Positions 18,127-26,660 are shown, counted from the first letter of the stretch. The stretch: 35,131 bases of DNA from an uncultured archaeon (GCA_964493715.1 CAZBPC010000026.1:1-35131); one strand, 5' to 3'. Made by a program: numbers and translations. Notes: generated by a model not told the origin, from the letters alone.

Positions 18127-18302
18127 TGGGCCATCGGGGATTTTCGTGCTCAACTTTATTATTTAAGTCACTTCGAACCCCGGCTCTCAGGCTTTTACTG
18201 TTATGGACAATTTTTCAAATGTATGTCCATAGGCCATTTATAAGACCTGCGCTTTTTGACCAAGCTCGTAAAACCTCGTTAACCAGGCTGAGCTAATGGC
18301 CC
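18127..18302 (-). tRNA. tRNA-Ile(UAU) with three introns (18255-18279, 18193-18237, 18141-18171)
   Basis: Spliced 75-nt cloverleaf GGGCCAT TA GCTC AGCCTGGTTA AAGC G CAGGT CT TAT AA GCCTG AGAGC CGGGG TTCGAAT CCCCG ATGGCCC A. Each insert has BHB-type geometry; TATA (TTTATAAT) at 18331-18338. Confidence 0.88.
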
Positions 18303-18436
18303 AAAATATATACATTATTTTTGTAATAATATTATAAACTCAAAAAGCATAAAAACATAAAAATTTTTTTATTGATGCACTCTGTTATATTTATAATTGA
18401 AATAGAAAATTATTATTTGAATTATTTAAATATTGG

Positions 18437-18850
18437 GTGATTATCATCGCAGAAATGCTTACAGACTTGCTACAGAACATTTACAAAAGAATTGCTCAAT
18501 TGGGTCAAGCAATTCAAGCGTTGAATTCTTCTTTAGATGGATTAAATCAAAATATTGAACAAAAAGTAACAAATCTGAATTTTAAATTAGAAGAATTCAC
18601 CAAAGAAATCGATGTAACAAAAAATAACCATATAGATGTGTTGAGAGAAATCGGAGAAGGGACGAAAGATGAATTAAAAAAACTTCAAGGAGATTTAGGT
18701 TTAGATGCTCTCCAAACACTAATTTCTAAATTAGAAGAATTTGAAAAATTATCAGAAGAAGTGTTAAATCAGGAAACTGTAAACCTCCTTCTTTCTGAAG
18801 CAATAAATTCTGTAAAAGTCTTGAAGGAACAAGCACCAAGTAAATTATGA
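18437..18850 (+). CDS. Small coiled-coil hypothetical protein
   Basis: All-helical heptad pattern; start may be ATG 18455. Confidence 0.75.
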   Translation: MIIIAEMLTDLLQNIYKRIAQLGQAIQALNSSLDGLNQNIEQKVTNLNFKLEEFTKEIDVTKNNHIDVLREIGEGTKDELKKLQGDLGLDALQTLISKLEEFEKLSEEVLNQETVNLLLSEAINSVKVLKEQAPSKL

Positions 18851-18872
18851 TGTATATTTCAATAAATTATAA

Positions 18873-19307
18873 ATGCTGAATATTATGGCTGAAAAATTAT
18901 TAGAAGAAATGATTATTAAAATTAACCAGATTACTACCTCTTTAGATGGAACAATTGCTCAAATAAATCAGATGAGTACAGCAATCCAGACTATGTCGCA
19001 GAAATTTTCAGAAGAAACAATATCAGTTAATGAAAATATTAGATTAATTGTGGAGGTATTAAAACAATTCCGAATGAAGTCTGGCGAAAGTATACAAGAA
19101 ATCTCAAATGATTTTAACTCCCAAATTAAAAAATTATATGAAAATAAATCAATTGAAGTCATTACTGAAACAGAAAAGAAAGCAATTGATATTATCAGAC
19201 AAGCTGCGAAAACGGTATCCAATAATTTATATTATGCTCAATTATTAAATGTAATTCAATCAATTAGGGAAGAAACCAACAGAATAATTAGTCGTAAAGA
19301 AACTTAA
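18873..19307 (+). CDS. Small coiled-coil hypothetical protein
   Basis: All-helical heptad pattern, similar in size and N-terminus to the upstream gene. Confidence 0.75.
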   Translation: MLNIMAEKLLEEMIIKINQITTSLDGTIAQINQMSTAIQTMSQKFSEETISVNENIRLIVEVLKQFRMKSGESIQEISNDFNSQIKKLYENKSIEVITETEKKAIDIIRQAAKTVSNNLYYAQLLNVIQSIREETNRIISRKET

Positions 19308-19360
19308 ATAATTTAAATCATAATATTCTCTTGTTTTCAATTAAATAGTAGGAGTCAAAA

Positions 19361-20257
19361 ATGCCAGCAGGAAGTTTTGTTATAATTTTACCATTAGATA
19401 AGGATTATAAAGTATTAGGTTATTACTTCAAGGATGGTAATTCTATTTTTGAGGTAACGAGCAATATTTTCTTGAGATTGCATTTGGATCATTCCAAAGA
19501 TGATTATAACTTATTATCTTTGAAAGGAATTCGGCTTTTTTCATTTTTTTATACTTTGGAAGGGAAGATTGCAAGGAAGGCTTCTAGTATAATTATAGGA
19601 TTGCTCTTAAATGAAAATGATCAACCTGAAAAATTTCGTGCTCCTTTAAAAGAAGCAGCTGTAGCTATAGAAGTTTTGGGGTCGGAGGTCTTAGATATGC
19701 CTCAAGACAAATTTGAGCAAGTATTAAAAGATATTTATTTAGAACATTTAGAACCTCTTACAGATATACTAAAGCCAGAAGCTTTAAGAGAAAGTATAAT
19801 AAATATTACCAAACTCATGTTAAGCGGGGGAAAAAAAGAAAGAACTATTGCCCAAGATCTATTAAAACGTGTGGAAAATAGAGATCATGAAAAAATCTCT
19901 GAAAATTATGAAAGTGCCGAAAACGCTTTGAAATCTTTAGAATATGAGAAAGCTACTAAATTATTTACTAAAGCTTCCCAAATAGCTGAAGAATTGTATG
20001 TTCTAGATATTGCTGAAATCTTAAAAGAAAAATCAAGCTTTTCAATAAAAATCCCTAATTTATCAAAAAAAAGAAATAAATTAGTACAAGATGCAAGAAA
20101 CAGCCTTAGGAACGAAGAATTTCACTCTGCTTATGAGGCCTATAAAAAAGCAAGTGAATTATCAAAAAAACTATTAGATTTCGAAAAAGAAGAAGAATAT
20201 AGACTTAAATCGAAAGCGTTAGAAGAGTTCTACCTTGTTGATAAAAAATATAAATAA
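19361..20257 (+). CDS. Hypothetical protein; possible longin-like N-domain plus TPR/MIT-like helical repeats
   Basis: Beta-beta-alpha-beta-beta-beta-alpha-like N-terminus, then two A-x-x-x-Y/F-x-K-A-S helical repeats; GGAG RBS. Confidence 0.6.
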   Translation: MPAGSFVIILPLDKDYKVLGYYFKDGNSIFEVTSNIFLRLHLDHSKDDYNLLSLKGIRLFSFFYTLEGKIARKASSIIIGLLLNENDQPEKFRAPLKEAAVAIEVLGSEVLDMPQDKFEQVLKDIYLEHLEPLTDILKPEALRESIINITKLMLSGGKKERTIAQDLLKRVENRDHEKISENYESAENALKSLEYEKATKLFTKASQIAEELYVLDIAEILKEKSSFSIKIPNLSKKRNKLVQDARNSLRNEEFHSAYEAYKKASELSKKLLDFEKEEEYRLKSKALEEFYLVDKKYK

Positions 20258-20330
20258 TTGAAATTTTTTCTTTACCTTGTTTTTAATACCTAAAATTAAT
20301 AATATTTTCCGTTATATATTCTCTTAGAAA

Positions 20331-21149
20331 ATGGTTGAAATTATTGGATTAATTACTGATTTTGGGTTACATGGGTCACATTATGTTGCTAGCATGAAAG
20401 CTGTAATTCTAAAAATTAATCCACTAGTCAAAATAATTGATATCTCTCATGCAATAACCTCTTATTCAATACTTGAAGCGTCTTATATCTTAAAAGCAAC
20501 CTATACCTTCTTTCCCGAGAAATCAGTGTTTATAATTGTAGTTGATCCAGGAGTAGGTAGTTCCAGGGAAATCTTAGCACTTAGAACAAAATCTAATCAT
20601 TTTTTTATTGGTCCAAACAATGGGCTTTTTGGAAATGTTTTTGAAAAGAATGAGATTAATTTATGCATTAAGATAGAAAATGAGAACTACTTCATTAAGC
20701 CCATATCTAATTCATTTCAAGGACGTGATATAATGGCTCCAGTCGCAGCATATATTACATCGGGGATAAATATGCGGGAACTTGGTAATGAATTTAATAT
20801 TGAGAATATAAAATCATCTCCCTTGAAGTATGAAATATTAAATAAAAAAAAAATTAAGTGCTATATACAATATATCGATGATTTTGGTAATGGAATAACA
20901 AATTTCCCAATAAATAAACAATCCACAAAGAATTCTAATATGCCTTTAAAAGAAGGAGATATCATCACTCTAGATTATAAAAATCGAAATTATGAAGGTA
21001 CTTTTATTACCCATTTTAGCGGAACCTCCCTTGGATCATTATTATTCCTTAAAGGTTCCACAGGCTATCTAGAAATTTCAATGAATCAAAAAAATGCTGC
21101 GAGTTATATTGGTTTAAAAGTAGGAGATTTAATTTTTATTAATTTATGA
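20331..21149 (+). CDS. SAM hydroxide adenosyltransferase / chlorinase-fluorinase (DUF62) family protein
   Basis: ITDFG, IDISH, VVDPGVGS, GPNNG, GRDIMAP, YIDDFGN and GYLEIS motifs. Confidence 0.9.
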   Translation: MVEIIGLITDFGLHGSHYVASMKAVILKINPLVKIIDISHAITSYSILEASYILKATYTFFPEKSVFIIVVDPGVGSSREILALRTKSNHFFIGPNNGLFGNVFEKNEINLCIKIENENYFIKPISNSFQGRDIMAPVAAYITSGINMRELGNEFNIENIKSSPLKYEILNKKKIKCYIQYIDDFGNGITNFPINKQSTKNSNMPLKEGDIITLDYKNRNYEGTFITHFSGTSLGSLLFLKGSTGYLEISMNQKNAASYIGLKVGDLIFINL

Positions 21150-21150
21150 T

Positions 21151-22308
21151 ATGATTTTTATCATGGAAAAGGAAATCTTAGCATGTATTAAGGATCAAGA
21201 TATAAAATATTTACAAGCAGGACAAATTTCAAAGTATGTTTTCCCTTTGGAAAGAAAAAAAGCACATGATGATTATGTAAGTCATTTAATTATAAGAGTG
21301 TTTGCATATTCAATTTCTCCCAAAAATGAGATCAGATATCTCATTCAAAAAAGAGGTATGAAAAAAGAGAGTTTTCCGGGTTATTTTACCGATTCAGCGT
21401 CTGGGCATGTGATATTTCAAAAAAATCTTGGTTTAAAAGACATCGAAAACAATGCAAAACGAGAGCTTCAAGAAGAATTTGGCATTCAACCAAAAAATAT
21501 TAAAAAAACATCTTTTTATGATATAAGAACAGAAACCTATATGAACACCTCTGAAATATCCTATATTTTCCTCTTTCAAGTGGATTATGATGTAGAATTT
21601 GAAGCTGATCCAATAGAACTTGATACTGGGACAAGCAGGTTCTATTCTGAATATGAACTCAAACAAATTCTAAAAAATGAGAATTCCGTTGATTATTCGA
21701 GGAAAATTTGGGAAGAAATTCTTACTATGGACCTGAGAAATTTATTAAAAAGTAAAATGAAAATGATAAAGCAAGGAAATGTGGCATTATTCATTGGTAG
21801 ATTCCAACCTTTCCATCATGGGCATGTCTATGTAATTAATAACATATTTAAGGAATTTAAAAAAATAAAAATAGCAATCGGAAGTTCTCAATTATCAAAC
21901 ACGTGTACTAATCCTTTTACAAGTACCGAAAGGAGAAAGTTTTTGGTTGCTGCTTTGAAAAGTAGAAAATATCCTGTTAAAAATTATCAAATATTTGAAA
22001 TACCTGATATTTTTAATGCTGAAAAATGGGTAAATCATGTAGTTTCCATTGTTGGAGAATTTGATACAGTTTTCTCAAATAGTGATTGGGTACGAATTTT
22101 ATTTCAACAAAAAGACTTCAATATCGGCAAGAAAATAACCATTTTTAAGAAGAAATATAGTGGCACTAATATAAGAAAATTAATCTCCAAAAATGACAAA
22201 AACTGGAGAAATTTAGTACCAAAAGAAGTTATCAAAATAATCGAAGAATCTTCTATAGATGGAGTGAACCGAATCAGAAAATTATGTAAAGAGAAAGTTT
22301 CAAATTGA
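21151..22308 (+). CDS. Nudix domain fused to nicotinamide-nucleotide adenylyltransferase (NMNAT/NadM)
   Basis: N-terminal QKR...FPGYFTDSASGHV...AKRELQEEFGI; C-terminal GRFQPFHHGH, IGSSQ, NPFT and SGTNIR. Confidence 0.88.
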   Translation: MIFIMEKEILACIKDQDIKYLQAGQISKYVFPLERKKAHDDYVSHLIIRVFAYSISPKNEIRYLIQKRGMKKESFPGYFTDSASGHVIFQKNLGLKDIENNAKRELQEEFGIQPKNIKKTSFYDIRTETYMNTSEISYIFLFQVDYDVEFEADPIELDTGTSRFYSEYELKQILKNENSVDYSRKIWEEILTMDLRNLLKSKMKMIKQGNVALFIGRFQPFHHGHVYVINNIFKEFKKIKIAIGSSQLSNTCTNPFTSTERRKFLVAALKSRKYPVKNYQIFEIPDIFNAEKWVNHVVSIVGEFDTVFSNSDWVRILFQQKDFNIGKKITIFKKKYSGTNIRKLISKNDKNWRNLVPKEVIKIIEESSIDGVNRIRKLCKEKVSN

Positions 22309-23375
22309 ACGAAAATAAAATTATAAAGTTAGATGGTTCTATTGGAGAAGGCGGGGGTTCAATTATTCGGTTAAGTGCAAGTTTTTCTACATTGTTTAAC
22401 CAACCAATTCACATTTCCAATATACGTGCTAATCGATCAAAACCGGGTTTGCGTCAACAACATTTATTGGGACTCAAGACTCTGGCAGAATTAACAAATA
22501 GCAATTTGAGTTCATGTGAAGTCGGTTCTAGTGAAATTACATTGATACCAGGAGGATCAATACAAAAATCAGAAATTGACGTTAACGTCAATACTGCTGC
22601 AAGTCTAGGATTGCTACTCCAACCAATTCAAATAGCTAGTCTAAGCATGAAGAAATCTCAAAGACTAATGGTCAGACTTCATGGTGGTGGGACATTTGGG
22701 AAATGGGCACCGAGTTTGAATTATCTTAAAGACGTCACTTATAGCGTGTTTAAAAAAGCGGGACTCAATATAGATATTAATATTAATCGTCATGGTTTTT
22801 ATCCAAAAGGAGGCGCTAAAGTTCACTGCTCAATATCTATGGGAACTGATTTACTTAAGCCGATTAATATGGTGAGTTTAGGTAATATTGAACAAATAAA
22901 TGGAGAAATAATACTATCAAATCATTTTCAAAATAAAAATAACATTGGAGAAAGAATTAAAAACACGATCATTGGAGAAATAAAAAGATACCACCATAAC
23001 ATTAACGCTAATATAAATTGTAGATATGTACCGACCCATAGTCAAGGATTAGGTCTCCATCTATGGGCAAATTCTAATACAAGTGCAATAATATCAACTG
23101 GAACTTTACTAGGAGAAAAAGGAATAACTTCTGAACAATTGGGTAAGCTAGCTGTAAAAGAATTGACAGAATATATAAAAAATGATATACCTGTTGATAA
23201 ATATTTGAGTGATCAACTAATTCCCTTGATGGTTTACTTAAAAAGCTCCTCAATAATAAAGGTACTTGAGATCACAAGTCATACCCAGACAAATTTAGAT
23301 TTAATCAAGAAGTTCTCTCAGAGAAATTATAAAATCAAAAAAGAACAAGTTGGATATTATATTGAATTTGATTGA
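22305..23375 (+). CDS. rtcA: RNA 3'-terminal phosphate cyclase
   Basis: DGSIGEGGG, IRANRSKPGLRQQH, GFYPKGG, DKYLSDQL and catalytic SHTQTN motifs. Confidence 0.94.
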   Translation: MNENKIIKLDGSIGEGGGSIIRLSASFSTLFNQPIHISNIRANRSKPGLRQQHLLGLKTLAELTNSNLSSCEVGSSEITLIPGGSIQKSEIDVNVNTAASLGLLLQPIQIASLSMKKSQRLMVRLHGGGTFGKWAPSLNYLKDVTYSVFKKAGLNIDININRHGFYPKGGAKVHCSISMGTDLLKPINMVSLGNIEQINGEIILSNHFQNKNNIGERIKNTIIGEIKRYHHNINANINCRYVPTHSQGLGLHLWANSNTSAIISTGTLLGEKGITSEQLGKLAVKELTEYIKNDIPVDKYLSDQLIPLMVYLKSSSIIKVLEITSHTQTNLDLIKKFSQRNYKIKKEQVGYYIEFD

Positions 23376-23439
23376 TTTAAAGAAATTTTTATATTTAAGT
23401 ACTATTATATGTTTATTAAATTATTAAATTGGTTATTAG

Positions 23440-24339
23440 ATGTCGACTCAAAGTTACACTCGTTGTCCACGCTGTGGAAATGAAAATCGTAGTGGTAGTT
23501 ATGCCTGTTCCTTCTGTGGCAAACGATTAAGAATAGAACGAATTGAAAATATCTCGATATTCAAGAGAATTGAGTCCGAATGGATAACACCAGCTTCATG
23601 GTATTTAAAAATTATATGGTTATTCATCAGACCAAATAGAGCTTTTTGGGATATCAATCATAAGAGAAACAAAGCACCTGGATATCTCATCATCTTATTT
23701 AATGCTTTAATTTATGGTCTGATGGGAATAGCATATTTATCACATTTTGTAATTTCTAACCCATTTCTATCATTTCTTTATAACCTAACCGTGTTTTCAG
23801 CATTTTTTATGATGGGTTTATTCTTTAATTTTATTTTTGGTAGATTATTAATATGGTTCTTCATTAAAGGAGCAAATTCTGCTGTAGGGTTTTCTAAAAT
23901 TTTAGAAACTCGATTTGGAGGTGAAACTCAGAAGGAAACATATCGTGAAGCAGAAATGAGTCCATTTAGTATATATAAAGGGGGCACTCTTCATCAACAA
24001 GAAGCTCATAAATACAAAATGATGTATTGTGCATTCACACCATTCTTGCTTATCAACCTTATTGAAACTCTACTAATTTTGGTGGGGTTTCCGACAAATA
24101 CAATAACAATAACAGGATTTAATCCAACTGTTTTCACAGGCATGTTTAATTCTCCCACTTGGATTATTTTATACACAATAGATGCATTAACTATTGCTAT
24201 TTGGATTCCAATATTAGTGACACTTGCGATAAGAGAATTATCAAATTCATCAACTTTTCGAGTATTATTTGCCTCCTTTGCCATTGGGTTACTAACGGCG
24301 ATAATTGTTTTCTTCTTACGACCTTCATTCTTACCATAA
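23440..24339 (+). CDS. Zinc-ribbon plus Yip1-like multi-pass membrane protein
   Basis: CPRCG...CSFCG; LFIRPNRAFWDI (Yip1-type motif) followed by about 5 TM helices. Confidence 0.7.
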   Translation: MSTQSYTRCPRCGNENRSGSYACSFCGKRLRIERIENISIFKRIESEWITPASWYLKIIWLFIRPNRAFWDINHKRNKAPGYLIILFNALIYGLMGIAYLSHFVISNPFLSFLYNLTVFSAFFMMGLFFNFIFGRLLIWFFIKGANSAVGFSKILETRFGGETQKETYREAEMSPFSIYKGGTLHQQEAHKYKMMYCAFTPFLLINLIETLLILVGFPTNTITITGFNPTVFTGMFNSPTWIILYTIDALTIAIWIPILVTLAIRELSNSSTFRVLFASFAIGLLTAIIVFFLRPSFLP

Positions 24340-24394
24340 ATTTATTAACATCCATTCTTCATTTTATTTAATCAAACTCATTAATCTTATTGAA

Positions 24395-25012
24395 ATGACA
24401 ACTCAAAATGATTCTTCTTTAGAATCTGAAATCTTTGCAATCGTCGAGACAATTATCACTCTCCAATTGAAATATCAAAATGGTGATGTTTCCGATGCTT
24501 TTTACCAAAAAGCCATAAATAGTGCCTACAAAGAAATCTTAAAATTTCATTTTAAATTAAAAGAAAAAGATTTAATACTCTCAGATGTCCTCGAGAATAT
24601 GAATCTCAAGAATAAATACCAAAAAGCACTAGATATTCTAAGTCAAGTGATTGCCTCAAGTTCTTCTGGGGATATGTATATTTCCCCAAATACACAAAAG
24701 GGATCTTCGGTATTGGCGCTTCCAGGTATTACGTTAGAAATTACATCTGCATTTATCACTATTATGGATATTTTAAAATTAGGAAGTGTTCATGATACAA
24801 GTCTTTTACAAGATATCTTTAACGATTTAATTGAAAACCTTACCAAGTTTCCTGGATTGGAATATATTAAGATTAAAGTATCCCGCTTGAGAGAAGATTT
24901 ATTAAAAGATAAAGAAAAAATAATAAGTGATGATATCTATCGAGAGGATGTCGGAAGGGAACTCTACTTGCTTTTCAAAGATTTTCAAGATAAACTAAAT
25001 CTAAAATCTTGA
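24395..25012 (+). CDS. Vps28-like (ESCRT-I) protein
   Basis: EIFAIVETIITL...Y..G.VS...Y (Vps28 N-domain-like) and EITSAFITIMDILKL (cf. Vps28 FITxMDxLKL). ATG 24395 avoids overlap with the upstream gene. Confidence 0.7.
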   Translation: MTTQNDSSLESEIFAIVETIITLQLKYQNGDVSDAFYQKAINSAYKEILKFHFKLKEKDLILSDVLENMNLKNKYQKALDILSQVIASSSSGDMYISPNTQKGSSVLALPGITLEITSAFITIMDILKLGSVHDTSLLQDIFNDLIENLTKFPGLEYIKIKVSRLREDLLKDKEKIISDDIYREDVGRELYLLFKDFQDKLNLKS

Positions 25013-25102
25013 TATGAAATCAAAAAATTAATTAAGTTTTCCCTCTTTAAAATCATATCATCTTAAATTTTAAAATCTCAAAATCAATAAAAGGTTAGCC
25101 AA

Positions 25103-25381
25103 TTGCCAAGACCCGCTTTAAGATCAAGAGCTCAAAAACGTAAAAAATTGAAAACACCTGGTCATCAACAAGTTATTCATTATTGGAGAAGAAATCCATC
25201 CAGAGCTCAATGTTCAATATGCAAGAAACCCCTTCAATCTATCCCACGATTACGTCCAGCAAAAATGAAAAAGACACATAAAACAGCTAGATCGGTTAAT
25301 AGATTAGAAAGTGGACGATTCTGCGCCAAATGCCTGCAGAAACAGATTAAGCATTCAGTTTGGCAATCTCCCGATTTATAA
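25103..25381 (+). CDS. rpl34e: 50S ribosomal protein eL34
   Basis: MPRPALRSR, KTPG, CSIC and CAKC motifs; TTG start. Confidence 0.93.
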   Translation: MPRPALRSRAQKRKKLKTPGHQQVIHYWRRNPSRAQCSICKKPLQSIPRLRPAKMKKTHKTARSVNRLESGRFCAKCLQKQIKHSVWQSPDL

Positions 25382-25433
25382 AAATTTTGTTTGTTTAAAT
25401 TAACTAAAATAAAGCTTAACATGCTCTTAAAAC

Positions 25434-25964
25434 ATGATTATATCAATTTCAGGTCTCCACGGAACTGGAAAATCTACCGTAGGAAAACTAGTTGCAAAAG
25501 CATTAGGCTTAAATTATTACTCAACGGGTCAAGCATTTCGAGATCTTGCTAAGGAAAGGGGAATGAGCCTCCAAAATTTTACGCGTTACGTTGAGGACCA
25601 TCCTGATATTGATAAAAAATTAGATGAAAAAATAATTAAAATCGCTGAAAAAGATAATATATTAATTGATAGCCAATTAAGCGGTCATATTCTGAGAAAT
25701 GTTGCTGACTTCAAAATACATTTAACTTGTTCACTTGAAACAAGAGTTAGGCGAATAGCTGAAAGAGATCAAGCTTCTTATGAATTGAAAATGAAAGAAA
25801 CGCAAATTCGGGAATTATCTGAGTTGGAGCGTTTCAAGAAGTTGTATGGTATTCATTTAGATGATCTTGAAGAAATCAGTCGTATCCACGATTTGGTGTT
25901 AGACACTGAAGGACTTTCAATTGATGATATTGTAGAATTAATCATTTCAAAATTATGCAAATAA
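25434..25964 (+). CDS. cmk: Cytidylate kinase (archaeal type)
   Basis: ISGLHGTGKST P-loop, STGQAFR and RVRRIAER; canonical position between L34e and L14e. Confidence 0.92.
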   Translation: MIISISGLHGTGKSTVGKLVAKALGLNYYSTGQAFRDLAKERGMSLQNFTRYVEDHPDIDKKLDEKIIKIAEKDNILIDSQLSGHILRNVADFKIHLTCSLETRVRRIAERDQASYELKMKETQIRELSELERFKKLYGIHLDDLEEISRIHDLVLDTEGLSIDDIVELIISKLCK

Positions 25965-26020
25965 AAATTCTTTTTATGAAAAAAGCATAAAAAATATAAT
26001 TTTAGAATTATTTCATAATT

Positions 26021-26085
26021 TACTTATAGTAGTTTATTTTAACTGAGAAAAATCTAATTCTCAGTAATAATAGACGTTATTAGTA
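26021..26085 (+). other. Canonical BHB motif with predicted 31-nt intron (26041-26071) in the rpl14e 5' UTR
   Basis: Inner stem ACTGAGAA/TTCTCAGT, bulge TT|A, central helix TATT/AATA, bulge AT|A, outer helix GTT/GAC extended by TACTTATAGT/GTTATTAGTA. Confidence 0.65.
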
Positions 26086-26100
26086 ATTTGGTGACAAATT

Positions 26101-26373
26101 ATGAGCGTGTATGATATTGGAAGAGTTTGTGTAAAAACAATGGGAAGAGAAGCGGGAAATTACTGCGTTATAGTTGATATCATAGATAAAAACTATGTTA
26201 TCATTGACGGTTTAAAAGTACGAAGAAGACGAGCTAATTTCAATCATGTGGAACCTACTGCAGATATGGTGGAAATTAAAAAGGGAGCTGATCATAAAAC
26301 CGTTGAAGCTGCTATTAAAAAAGCAAAATTAGACAAAAAAATGAAGGAAACGTTCTCAATCCCAATAAAGTAA
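26101..26373 (+). CDS. rpl14e: 50S ribosomal protein eL14
   Basis: IGRVCVKTMGREAG and VRRRRANFNHVEP motifs; RBS GGTGA at 26090-26094. Confidence 0.96.
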   Translation: MSVYDIGRVCVKTMGREAGNYCVIVDIIDKNYVIIDGLKVRRRRANFNHVEPTADMVEIKKGADHKTVEAAIKKAKLDKKMKETFSIPIK

Positions 26374-26375
26374 AT

Positions 26376-26407
26376 AATCCGTATTTTTATGGATTCCATT
26401 TTTTTTT
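26376..26407 (+). terminator. Hairpin plus oligo-T after rpl14e
   Basis: AATCCGTA-TTTT-TATGGATT followed by T9, abutting the tRNA-Ser 5' end. Confidence 0.4.
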
Positions 26408-26521
26408 GCAACGGTAGCCTAGCCTGGTAAGACGCTGGATTGGAATTTTTGGATAAACCATCCAATTGATCATACATCCAGTGTGAGTGATCACTCGGGG
26501 GTTCGAATCCCTCCCGTTGCG
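26408..26521 (+). tRNA. tRNA-Ser(GGA) with a 30-nt intron at 37/38 (26446-26475)
   Basis: Acceptor GCAACGG/CCGTTGC, G73, anticodon arm CTGGA-TTGGAA|A-TCCAG, variable arm GTGA/TCAC, T arm GGGGG-TTCGAAT-CCCTC, intron hairpin TTGGAT/ATCCAA. Confidence 0.9.
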
Positions 26522-26660
26522 TTTTGTTCTGCCCTCTAACTCATAGTAAATGCATCATTCATTCAATCATTTTACTATGTGAAATAAAGGTATATCCCTT
26601 TATTATATAAGGCAAAATTTTTAAAATTTTGAATCAATATTTAAAATATAAAAAATATTA

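Noticed and set aside
18193-18244. Alternative splice registers giving anticodon UAA (Leu)
   Set aside because: There is no long variable arm, the body is Ile-like, and the BHB helix UUAU/GUAA places the cut 3' of the UAU anticodon.
26542-26579. Hairpin CATAGTAAA/TTTACTATG after tRNA-Ser
   Set aside because: No bulge-helix-bulge arrangement; at most a terminator or processing stem, with insufficient support.
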